A program made the position numbers and the translations under genes. From positions 1 through 55,048 of IMG/VR virus record IMGVR_UViG_3300022074_000050: a DNA stretch of 55,048 nucleotides, one strand, 5' to 3'. The notes beneath the pieces were generated by a model. It worked only from the letters and a program-made list of their open reading frames with translations. It made no database searches and had not been told where the DNA came from. This document shows positions 45,554-54,319 of the stretch, in pieces (position 1 is the stretch's first letter; the number at the start of each line of letters is the position of its first letter). The stretch comes from a virus (lineage: Duplodnaviria; Caudoviricetes).

Positions 45554-47926
45554 TTAGTCCCTTTCCTGTGACTCCCGAACAATCTTTGCAATCTCAGTTA
45601 AATTCGAATCTACTTCTCTATCGTCGCGCATCTCTGCTTGCTGTAGATCAGAAGCTATACGGATATCCGTTTGTTGTTCTTGAGATTCAATACGCTCTCT
45701 TTCCAACTGCGTTTTACGCTCGGATTCTTTATCACGCTGTTTGAGTTTTTCGAATTCTAATTCCATCTGTTCTTCGAACATCTGGCGCTGAGGATCTTGC
45801 TGCTGTGCGGCCATCGCTTGAGCAAGAGCTTGTTCTTGACCAGTAATCTGCTGAGTCGCCTGAGCAGCTGCCATAGCAATTTGGCTTTCGGCTTCTGGAG
45901 GTAACTGCGGCATCTGACCATCTGGCCCTGGCTGTGGTAGCTGGATACCTTGTTGAGTCAACATTTCTTCCACTTGAATACGATACTTCAGAGCTTGGTG
46001 CTGTTGAATATGCGCTTGGAGTGCGCCCATCGCTTGTGGGTTCTGCTGTGTTTGAGGATTTTGCATAAACGCCATATGTGCTTGAACGTGGGCGTCATGG
46101 TTTTGTTGAATGAACGCTTGTAAAGGAGCACTCATCAATGCGTCCATATTTTCTTGGACGGGGTCTTTAGGCGCAGGGGCCATATCTGGCATTAAGATAT
46201 CGTCGATATCTTTAATGTTCAGCGCGATATACATCTTGCGGAACGCTTCTTTCAGATTATGGATCTGAGGTGCACTCTGAGCCATCTGAAGTTGAGTCTG
46301 CGCTAAAATAATTCGCTGTGTCGTACTAAAGATATTAGGGTCGCAAACAGGAATAACATCTACGCTGTTGTTAAAGTCCTCAGCGAAAACAGTTTGTTGT
46401 GCGCCCTGCACTTGGTACGGATATTCAGGAGGTAGATACTCGCCGAATAGTCGCTTTAGTATTTTGAATTCGTTACGCTGCGCGTAATGCAACCGCTTAT
46501 GGATTGCAGAAATAACTTTCTGACCTTTTTCTAACAACGCAACGGTAGTACCTACTGGGGCGTTAGAGTTAGCGTCGCCAGTTTGATTGTCCATTACAGA
46601 CGCAAACCGCTGTCCAGACTCTACGAGTAGTCCTAATAACTGCGCTAAAGTTGCGCTAGGTTCTTTATACGGAAGCGGCATAAAGGAATCGCGGATAGTT
46701 CCTCCAGGAGTGTCTACATCCCGCCACTCTCCAGGCTGTACTGGATCATCAGAACGCTGGATATTTAATCCACGCGCTTTAAATCCAGCGGGTAAGTTTG
46801 CTAACGTACCCGCGTCAATAAGTTGTCGGAGGATTGCGGTCGCTGATTTCGTAACGCCACCAATCATATGGATTAGACCGAAACCGTAAAACCCTAATCC
46901 TGGAAGGAATTTATAATGCGTAAAGTATTCAATTTTTTTACGCATAGGATCAGTTTCTTCGTAGTTCCTACGAACTGATAAAACACTATTGTTATCTTTA
47001 CAAATCGTTACGATATACGGAATAGCTAACCCAGTAGGCTCTCCGTCTTTATCTGTATGCTCAAAACCTTCGATATCTAATTCGACGTGAAACTCAAGCA
47101 GCGTATAGTCGTGCTGGTTCCCTGTACGAGTAACGCCGTCTAGCTGATCAATTTTTTGCTGTACCGAATCGCTATCGTCAGAATAAGACGGAGGATTCAT
47201 CTCCTCGTCTATATAAAAACCACTGAGTTGTAGTTTACGAAGATCATTTTCCGTCATCGTTAAACGATGCGTAATACGAGGTGATGTATGTAAATCTGTC
47301 GCGCTATACGGGACAACTAAATCTTCAGCTTTAATAAACCTAGAAACAACACGACCCATCGTAGGATCGTAATAACATTTCTTAAACGCAGAACCTGCCA
47401 ACGGCAAAAAGAACAACATCTGATCCATTTCAGGATCGTACTCGTCCATTTTATACATCAGCTGGTAGTTCATGAAATCCTTAACGCGATTAGCTTGCAT
47501 CGCTTTAGGATCGTTAGAAGCGCCCATAATTTTCGTATCTACAGGGCCGTTAGCTGGTAACAGTTCTTTATATGCTTGCGCTTGAAAATGCGTAGCCGCT
47601 TCAGCTAATACGGGATGGTATACGCCGCTCGCGCCTTCAAACGGTTCACTACGAGGATCGTTTTCAATACCTAGTAGCTCTAAACCGTCTTTAAATGTTT
47701 CGTACCAATTTTGACGAGAGTCAACATCGGTTTCATACGAACTAAGTAGCTCGCTAGAAATTTCAGATAGGGTAGCTGGGTCTAAATACTCGGCAAGGTT
47801 TTCTTCAAACGGAATATCTACTTCCATTTCTAACATCGAAGGGTCAACGAGGTTATCTTCCTCGTCAAAAAGAATTTCTACCGCTTCTTCGCCTTCTAAC
47901 TCTTCTGGGAATTGCACTTCAGCCAT
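45554..47926 (-). CDS. Portal protein
   Basis: 790 aa after TerL; EPFEGASGV.HP, LAGSAFKK.Y, FYGFGL, Gln-rich C-terminal coiled coil. Confidence 0.9.
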   Translation of the reverse strand: MAEVQFPEELEGEEAVEILFDEEDNLVDPSMLEMEVDIPFEENLAEYLDPATLSEISSELLSSYETDVDSRQNWYETFKDGLELLGIENDPRSEPFEGASGVYHPVLAEAATHFQAQAYKELLPANGPVDTKIMGASNDPKAMQANRVKDFMNYQLMYKMDEYDPEMDQMLFFLPLAGSAFKKCYYDPTMGRVVSRFIKAEDLVVPYSATDLHTSPRITHRLTMTENDLRKLQLSGFYIDEEMNPPSYSDDSDSVQQKIDQLDGVTRTGNQHDYTLLEFHVELDIEGFEHTDKDGEPTGLAIPYIVTICKDNNSVLSVRRNYEETDPMRKKIEYFTHYKFLPGLGFYGFGLIHMIGGVTKSATAILRQLIDAGTLANLPAGFKARGLNIQRSDDPVQPGEWRDVDTPGGTIRDSFMPLPYKEPSATLAQLLGLLVESGQRFASVMDNQTGDANSNAPVGTTVALLEKGQKVISAIHKRLHYAQRNEFKILKRLFGEYLPPEYPYQVQGAQQTVFAEDFNNSVDVIPVCDPNIFSTTQRIILAQTQLQMAQSAPQIHNLKEAFRKMYIALNIKDIDDILMPDMAPAPKDPVQENMDALMSAPLQAFIQQNHDAHVQAHMAFMQNPQTQQNPQAMGALQAHIQQHQALKYRIQVEEMLTQQGIQLPQPGPDGQMPQLPPEAESQIAMAAAQATQQITGQEQALAQAMAAQQQDPQRQMFEEQMELEFEKLKQRDKESERKTQLERERIESQEQQTDIRIASDLQQAEMRDDREVDSNLTEIAKIVRESQERD

Positions 47927-47963
47927 GGAACGCTACCCTACTCTAGTTTTTTACAACGGTAAA

Positions 47964-49481
47964 TTAGTAATATGCCCGTATTTTCGGATAATACTCGTCT
48001 TCGTCGTTATAATCGCCGTCTAATCGCAAAAATCCGCCCTGTCTAAAACGACTTAGGGCTAAAGTAGTTGCATCTACGCAATCATCGTTATCCCCGTTCG
48101 GAAAATCAGCAACTTCGTCTACTAATTCTTGCGCCCAGTTCGTATCAGGCACCCAAACACGGCCTTCTTGGAAAATTCCACTCACCGCATTTAATCTAGC
48201 GATCTTATCCTGACCTTTACTCGGTGAAAAGGTATTTATTGGGATACCCTGTCGCCGTAATTCCTGCGTTAACGGGATACCAGAGGCTTTCGTTTCGATA
48301 ATTACCGAATCAGGCTCCCAATGTTCGTATAAACGCATCGCTTCGCGCTTGAGTTCAGGGAAATCTAACCGCTCTTTTACGCAATCTAACAAAATTATAT
48401 GCGCATCCTGCCCACTATAGTGTTCATCGCCGATTTTACCCTCGGGATAGAACACTCCCCACGTGGTTATCGCTGTATAGTCGGATCTTTCGGATTTTAA
48501 AAACGCCGTATCGTAACTTTGGATCAAATAATCGCAAGATGGAGGGTTATCTCTAGGCCATTCCATTATCCATTCTTTAGGAATAATCGAAATACCCTCG
48601 CCCGTAGGCCGCTGCATATACTGCGCTGCCCATTTAGACGGAGGTATCGACGCTTTAGTCGCTTCTAATTCGTCTAATGACCAAAATTCAGGCCATAGAG
48701 GTTTACCTGATGGTAATATCGCGGGAAATTCAATAACCTCCCATTCGTCGCCACCCTTTTCTTGCGTCATCCGCTTGATTAATTTACCCGTTACGTCCTT
48801 TTTAGACCAACGAGTCATTACAATAACGATCGCACCTCCTGGCTGAAGGCGCTGACGGGGGCCAGTTTGATACCAGTCATACGCTTCTTCTAACGCTTTA
48901 TCCGAAAAAGCGTCTTGTTCAGAATGAGGATCGTCAATAATAAACAAATCAGCACCACGACCCGCGAGTGCACCACCAATACCCGCCGCATAATACTGAC
49001 CGCCCTGCGATGTATTCCATTTACCCGCGCTTCGCGAGTCAGCCTTTAGTTCGGTAGCCGGAAATATCTCCGCATACTCTTCACTTTCAATTAAGTCACG
49101 AACTCTACGACCAAAGTTGATCGCAAGGTCAGCTGTGTGCGTGGCTTCAATGATCTTTAATTTAGGACGCTTACCTAATAAGTAAGCTGGGAACAAATAC
49201 GAAGCAAATTCAGACTTCGTATGTCGCGGAGGCATGTTGATTATGAGGCGCTTTGATTCTCCGCTGGCGATTTTATCGAATGCTTCGGCCATCTTTTTGT
49301 GGTGCGCACCCGCAATAAACTCTGGCCAAATCGTTTTAACAAAATCGTAAAACGACGCCATAGAACTTTCACGCTTTTCACGCTTTTCTAATTCCTCTAG
49401 GAGAAGGGTAAACTCTTTCGCTTCATCTTTCGACAGATGGGAAAGGTCTACTTCCTTTAGCTGTTCAAGTGGAGTGGTCAA
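47964..49481 (-). CDS. terL: Terminase large subunit
   Basis: MPPRHTKS, GRGADLFIIDDP, VMTRW, QSYDTA, FPNG.NDD.VD. Confidence 0.96.
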   Translation of the reverse strand: MTTPLEQLKEVDLSHLSKDEAKEFTLLLEELEKREKRESSMASFYDFVKTIWPEFIAGAHHKKMAEAFDKIASGESKRLIINMPPRHTKSEFASYLFPAYLLGKRPKLKIIEATHTADLAINFGRRVRDLIESEEYAEIFPATELKADSRSAGKWNTSQGGQYYAAGIGGALAGRGADLFIIDDPHSEQDAFSDKALEEAYDWYQTGPRQRLQPGGAIVIVMTRWSKKDVTGKLIKRMTQEKGGDEWEVIEFPAILPSGKPLWPEFWSLDELEATKASIPPSKWAAQYMQRPTGEGISIIPKEWIMEWPRDNPPSCDYLIQSYDTAFLKSERSDYTAITTWGVFYPEGKIGDEHYSGQDAHIILLDCVKERLDFPELKREAMRLYEHWEPDSVIIETKASGIPLTQELRRQGIPINTFSPSKGQDKIARLNAVSGIFQEGRVWVPDTNWAQELVDEVADFPNGDNDDCVDATTLALSRFRQGGFLRLDGDYNDEDEYYPKIRAYY

Positions 49482-50419
49482 CTGCGTCTAAGCTGGTTTA
49501 GCCGTTCCTCAGTTATCGGGCCACCTTCAGCAAATCGTTTTTGGAAATCTAATCTTACTTGCGGATCACCACGGTTCGTCGAAGCACCTAACCGTAATGA
49601 GGAATCTTCGTCTCCGAATATCTTAGACATCGAATACTCGTCGCCTTCTTTTTGAATATCTACAGGCAAATCTAAACGATCCATTAATTCACTAAACAGA
49701 ACGTCTTCTCTACTCCTTTCTCCAAAATCTTCAGGCAACCCAAGACTTGATAACAAATCTCTTTTTGTGGATCCCCTTAATCTTTCAAGTTCTTGTAGAG
49801 GATCTAACCCAGCTCTCCTTTGTAGCTCATCGTCAGTGATCCCTCCGTTAGAAAACTTTTTTGCGGTAACAGCGCCCCCGTTAGCCATCGTTTGTATTTG
49901 TTGTTGCGTAGCTGGCACCATTCCTGCGTCGGGCATCGTTTCCATTTGATCCGCAAGCTGCATACCAACCTGCTGGATCTGTGGATCGGGGTCTTGCATC
50001 ATCCCCATAATTTGCGGAACACCAAAATAATATACATCTCCAGGTGTCCCTACCGGCCCCCCGTCGGCCATACCTTGCGGCAACAAACCTTCTAACCCGC
50101 CCTGCTGCTCTAACATCATCATCAGTTCTTCTTCAGAAACATCAGCTGGTAACGCACCTTGTTCTGGTACTCCAGGAATCGGGGGCTGACCGCCTTCGTA
50201 ATCCATCGCTTTTAACGCGTCTTCTAATCCAGAAACATCGCTACCCTGTATTTCTTCAGGGACAATTTCTTTAACCATCGCGATATTCGGGGCAGACCCT
50301 TCAATTAACGCACGAGTTTGAGCGTTTTCTTCAGCACGTTTTTGGGCTTTGCGTGATTGGCTTGCGCCGTATGCGGCTGTGCCCGTTGCGATAACTACTG
50401 AGGTGACTACAAATGCCAT
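49478..50419 (-). CDS. Putative virion protein with pilot-like hydrophobic N-terminus and repeated xxxGGx(V/I) motifs
   Basis: MAFVVTSVVIATGTAAYGASQSRKAQK; MADGGPV, MANGGAV, FSNGGI, FAEGGPI. Confidence 0.7.
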   Translation of the reverse strand: MAFVVTSVVIATGTAAYGASQSRKAQKRAEENAQTRALIEGSAPNIAMVKEIVPEEIQGSDVSGLEDALKAMDYEGGQPPIPGVPEQGALPADVSEEELMMMLEQQGGLEGLLPQGMADGGPVGTPGDVYYFGVPQIMGMMQDPDPQIQQVGMQLADQMETMPDAGMVPATQQQIQTMANGGAVTAKKFSNGGITDDELQRRAGLDPLQELERLRGSTKRDLLSSLGLPEDFGERSREDVLFSELMDRLDLPVDIQKEGDEYSMSKIFGDEDSSLRLGASTNRGDPQVRLDFQKRFAEGGPITEERLNQLRRS

Positions 50420-50850
50420 TATTCAATATCCTTGAAATTATCTACAACAAACATCCGCTCTAATTCTGGTATATCTCGGATATCGTCAGGATTAGGATGG
50501 ACAGTAATAATCGTAGTATCTTCTAAAAAGTATAAAGCCCGTTTCGTATGCGCAGGCGTATTCATAATCGCGAAATCTTTATAAACGTCTATCCGTTCTT
50601 CGTCTTGCATCGTAGAAATAACGCGACAATGACCCGCTGCTAATATCGTCATATGCTCGTGTAAATGAACTTGGCTTACGACTACCGAACCTTTGACCCC
50701 GTAATACGCTCGCATATAGATTCCAGGAGCAAAGTGATGCGTATTAATATACGGCGACGGCGCGTTGGGACGGGTTCTTGAAATGGCAGAAACAACGTCT
50801 TGTATCCCTGCAAGTTTAGATTTTTGAATATCTAATATCGCCGTACTCAT
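50419..50850 (-). CDS. Cupin-fold protein
   Basis: HHFAPGIYMR, VHLHEH, G.C.V, TP..TKRA....EDT..ITVH. Confidence 0.75.
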   Translation of the reverse strand: MSTAILDIQKSKLAGIQDVVSAISRTRPNAPSPYINTHHFAPGIYMRAYYGVKGSVVVSQVHLHEHMTILAAGHCRVISTMQDEERIDVYKDFAIMNTPAHTKRALYFLEDTTIITVHPNPDDIRDIPELERMFVVDNFKDIE

Positions 50851-51668
50851 TTATACGATTTACCGTAATAACCCTTCGCGTAACTTAAACCACCGCCGTT
50901 AGCTTTCTTAGCAGTAGTCGCGGCCTGTCGGAAATTTTCTTTCGTCGGCGCACCCTTAGATCCCGCCTTACGCATCGTTTCGCCAGAACCCGCAGCTATC
51001 CGCTTACGCTTCGCGGCGATATTTGCATACAACCCTGGACGCCCACCACCTGCCATCTGGTCAGGGTCGCTAAAAATATCTTTCCGTAACTTCTGGATTC
51101 CAGATTCACCTTGGCGGTTCATAAAATCTTGGTATTCGCGTAATGCCGTTTCGTATTCTTCCGACATTTCGCCTTCTTCTAAACGACGATTAAATTCACC
51201 ACGTGGGCCAACTTTCGGATCTTCATCCATCATACGTTGGGTCATACGGCGGTCAACTTTCATCGCTTTTTCGCCTGCTGGCCCTTCGAAAAAACGTGTG
51301 GCTTTTTCGTCCATTAATTCGTCGCGCATTTTTAAAAACCTTTCTAAACCGTCTTTCGCCATCCCTACTTTTTTTCCAGGGCCAGCCATTCCCATCGCCA
51401 TCGCTAATTCATCACCTAATAACGATTCTAATCCTGGAGTATTACTTAACGTAACCGCAAGTTCGTTCGGCTCACCTATTTCCTCGGTTTGCCGCATCGT
51501 CAACGTATCTTTGTTGGTGTTTTGTAACATCGCCATAATTTCGGGGAGGTTATCCATAATATCCTCGCCGACTAAAAAATCACCGGCTCCTCGTAATAAC
51601 GACATTAAACCTCCACGACCGCGACCTAATTCTTCATCGTAAACCGCTTGCATATCGTCCATTACCAT
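50847..51668 (-). CDS. Hypothetical protein with a basic C-terminal module
   Basis: 273 aa; ends GLYANIAAKRKRIAAGSGETMRKAGSKGAPT...YAKGYYGK. Confidence 0.75.
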   Translation of the reverse strand: MVMDDMQAVYDEELGRGRGGLMSLLRGAGDFLVGEDIMDNLPEIMAMLQNTNKDTLTMRQTEEIGEPNELAVTLSNTPGLESLLGDELAMAMGMAGPGKKVGMAKDGLERFLKMRDELMDEKATRFFEGPAGEKAMKVDRRMTQRMMDEDPKVGPRGEFNRRLEEGEMSEEYETALREYQDFMNRQGESGIQKLRKDIFSDPDQMAGGGRPGLYANIAAKRKRIAAGSGETMRKAGSKGAPTKENFRQAATTAKKANGGGLSYAKGYYGKSYK

Positions 51669-51958
51669 TTCACCTTATCGGCCCAATAAGCTGCGCTCAT
51701 CTTGCCCTTTTTGATATTCTTTCCGTGACGTGCCTTAAAACTCTTACGCCGCGCCTTTTGCTTCGCCGACTCACCCGCTTTAGGCTTACCCGCAGTTTTT
51801 ACACCCTGCTGCCCAAATCGAATCGTCTTAATTTTATCGCCTTCCTTAGCAACTACAACATGCGATTTTTTAGGATGGGACGGGGTACGCTTCGGCTTGT
51901 TATAACCGCTAACGCCTGCGCGTTCTAATCGCGAATCTTTTTTCTTTTTCTCAGGCAC
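51662..51958 (-). CDS. Small basic protein (DUF6321-like)
   Basis: KTIRFGQQG, ARRKSFKARH, SAAYWA; start uncertain (GTG 51958 or TTG 51979). Confidence 0.75.
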   Translation of the reverse strand: MPEKKKKDSRLERAGVSGYNKPKRTPSHPKKSHVVVAKEGDKIKTIRFGQQGVKTAGKPKAGESAKQKARRKSFKARHGKNIKKGKMSAAYWADKVKW

Positions 51959-52463
51959 CGAATGGGTTCCCCTGCGCAACAGGAAATGCTTGTAGCCTCA
52001 TAGAATCTGGCCCTTGGGTTCTTAATCTAGATATCGCAGGCTGAGGACGTAACTGCTGAAATAACCCGCCTAAACCACTTTGAGCTTGTAACTGGTTTAA
52101 CATACCAGAACCAGCACCTAAATGTTCAGATAACCGCTGCTGCTGTTGCTGCATCTGCTGGATATTACCCTGTAATTGCTCAAGCGTTTGTTCCGTTGTC
52201 TGCTCTTGCGGCATTGGCATCTGATTACCTAATGCCGCTAGTCTTTCTGACGATCTTCTGTCTATAGGTTCCGCAGAACCTAACGCCGGTAACGGCATCT
52301 GCATATCTACAACACGATCTTCTGTCGCTTGTTGTGGCATCTCACTAGGCTGCGGAGCGTATTGCGCCCTCATCTGATCACGCATTCGTAACATCATCAT
52401 CATCTGAGGATCCATAAACATCCCGCGACCCATCGTCGAACCATATGGAGACTGACCGTACAT
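51951..52463 (-). CDS. Gln/Met-rich hypothetical protein, first gene of the late block
   Basis: 170 aa, GAGGT RBS. Confidence 0.75.
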   Translation of the reverse strand: MYGQSPYGSTMGRGMFMDPQMMMMLRMRDQMRAQYAPQPSEMPQQATEDRVVDMQMPLPALGSAEPIDRRSSERLAALGNQMPMPQEQTTEQTLEQLQGNIQQMQQQQQRLSEHLGAGSGMLNQLQAQSGLGGLFQQLRPQPAISRLRTQGPDSMRLQAFPVAQGNPFGA

Positions 52464-52667
52464 AAAACAACCTCATCAAAGATAGCCGAATCGTAACCCC
52501 CTAATCACTACTCTCGCTACCCCTAAAAAATTTTCGCGAAAAATTTTGACCCATCGAAAAATATAAATGTGCGAAATTTTTGAATAGGGAACCTAAAGCA
52601 AAAGTATCTCGGAAAAAGAGGCGGGAACTAGGTAGTGGTGGGTGGGCGGGTGCCTTGCGGCAATTTT

Positions 52668-52681
52668 GGGGGTATACCCCC
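52668..52681. other. Perfect 14-bp palindrome GGGGGTATACCCCC
   Basis: Read directly; lies in the non-coding gap between terS and the late block. Confidence 0.85.
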
Positions 52682-52744
52682 TTAGCCTAACCGTTAGCAT
52701 ATGCGGTAGGCCGCGCCCCTTAGCAAAACTGTTAGCTAACAGGC

Positions 52745-52772
52745 AAAAAAAGGGGCGCACACGGCACCCCTT
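52745..52772 (-). terminator. Rho-independent terminator of the 52790..53275 gene
   Basis: GGGGTGC-CGTGT-GCGCCCC followed by a T-run on the minus strand. Confidence 0.82.
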
Positions 52773-52789
52773 AGTAAGTCGGTTAGTGG

Positions 52790-53275
52790 TTAGCTAATAC
52801 GCTTGAACATCGCAAAGCTAAACTCAACACCTTCTTTAACCACATCGCGCATCTTTTGATTGCCGCGAGCCTTGGCCCACTTAGCACCTAACAGCATAGG
52901 TAAGTAGGTTTCTATCACCATGTTATTTTCTGACTTATGAACTAACGACTTAGCTATGATAGCAGCCTCTTTATCATCAATAACAATTTGGTTGTCATTG
53001 TCTAAGCGTAGCAACATTTCCCTAGCCAGTTTGCCACATTGCCTAGTAAGTACGTCAAACAACCTAGACCATCGGGGGTCATCGGCGTTAACTACTTCGT
53101 AGGTGCCTACTAGGTTAGAAGCGCCACCATTAACGTATACCTTGCCAGCAGCTTGTTGCTTGAGCTTTTCCAAAGCCGTAGGCTTAGGTGCTAGGGTTGA
53201 CCCGTTAGCGTCAAGGTTAGCGATAGCTTCGCGGGCGGTCTGTTCGGGGGCTGATTTTGTGTTTGATTTGGTCAT
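52790..53275 (-). CDS. Stand-alone hypothetical protein
   Basis: 161 aa, AAGGT RBS, own terminator, non-coding flanks. Confidence 0.8.
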   Translation of the reverse strand: MTKSNTKSAPEQTAREAIANLDANGSTLAPKPTALEKLKQQAAGKVYVNGGASNLVGTYEVVNADDPRWSRLFDVLTRQCGKLAREMLLRLDNDNQIVIDDKEAAIIAKSLVHKSENNMVIETYLPMLLGAKWAKARGNQKMRDVVKEGVEFSFAMFKRIS

Positions 53276-53370
53276 AATGTTTACCTTTTAAGTTAAGTTA
53301 ATGTCATCAAGTGACAGGCATATAATCAGGCATCTTGTGTATATAGTCAAGCACTAATAATCAGTCGGTC

Positions 53371-53400
53371 ACCTAATCAATTACCTAATCAATTACCTAA
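53371..53400. repeat. Tandem 12-bp repeat ACCTAATCAATT x2.5
   Basis: acctaatcaatt acctaatcaatt acctaa. Confidence 0.9.
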
Positions 53401-53536
53401 CCGTCGCGGCTTAACAAAATGGTTGGAACTTAAAATAACGGTTTGACTATGGGGCGCGCCTAATCCTAACCGTCGGGATCTGTCGCGCCGTCCCTCGGCC
53501 TCCGTCGGTCGCTCCCTCGCTCGCCGTCAATGAATC

Positions 53537-53624
53537 GTGGTGGGTGGGTGGGTGCGCTCGCGCTCCGTCAATCTTTTATAGTCGATCGATCGATCGATCG
53601 ATCAAACGTGGTGGGTGGGTGGGT
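53537..53624. repeat. Two GTGGTGGGTGGGTGGGT copies flanking a (GATC)5 run
   Basis: Copies at 53537-53553 and 53608-53624; tcgatcgatcgatcgatcgatc at 53582-53603; a third near-copy at about 52635-52651. Confidence 0.88.
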
Positions 53625-54196
53625 CAATCGCTCTCTCGCTCAATTAATACAGTCGATCCGTCTGTCGATCCGATCCGATTCGTAATCTGTCCCTCGATCG
53701 TTTGCGGTACGCGCTTCGTGATAAGCTGTCCAAGTCGATCGATCAGCTGATCCTTCGAGAGCATGTCGATCTTCGCGGTCAATACCTCGCGTCGATCGAT
53801 GTAAAGCCCCCCGACCTTCCCTCGGTGTATCTCTGCCGTGATCGCTGCGTTAATCTGCCCCGACTCCCGTGCCTCCTCACGCAAGTCATGGAGCGCGGAG
53901 AGGTGGCCCTCCATGGAAACTCTATCCCTCTCTGCCTCCTTGATTTCCTGGTCTATAAGGTAATTTCGCAAAAGTGGGTTGTGGTTGAGTAAGACGCTGC
54001 CTTGTCGTTTGGCTGCGGCTCGATTCTTCGTATAGCCTGCTTTTACCGCTGCTTCGGTAGCGTTTTGGCCTTTCAAATACTCTCGAGCGAACTTCTTTTG
54101 TTTCGGATTTAGCGGTTGCCATCTCTTACCATCGGCGTCGATGTAGCCCATTCCGTCATCAGCAGGTGTCAGGGGAGTGTACTGTAGTTCTTTCAT
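53624..54196 (-). CDS. terS: Terminase small subunit
   Basis: LNPKQKKFAREYL...NATEAAVKAGY HTH; AAITAE..RGK..GLY. Confidence 0.9.
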   Translation of the reverse strand: MKELQYTPLTPADDGMGYIDADGKRWQPLNPKQKKFAREYLKGQNATEAAVKAGYTKNRAAAKRQGSVLLNHNPLLRNYLIDQEIKEAERDRVSMEGHLSALHDLREEARESGQINAAITAEIHRGKVGGLYIDRREVLTAKIDMLSKDQLIDRLGQLITKRVPQTIEGQITNRIGSTDGSTVLIERESD

Positions 54197-54319
54197 GCAG
54201 TGTTTCCGAGGATCGTAAGCGTGTAGAACTATATCTTAGAAAATAAAATAATTTATAAAAAGTAAAAGTTTTCCTCATGGCCTCTCACCACTATTCACTG
54301 TTCTCGTTTCAATAACCTA

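Noticed and set aside
53371-53624. CRISPR-like array
   Set aside because: Repeats are short, tandem or only two to three copies, without regular unique spacers, and no cas genes are present
211-53992. Numerous plus-strand ORFs of 60-226 aa (e.g. 5195..5734, 23800..24480, 37042..37503)
   Set aside because: Antisense shadows of well-supported minus-strand genes, with no recognisable motifs
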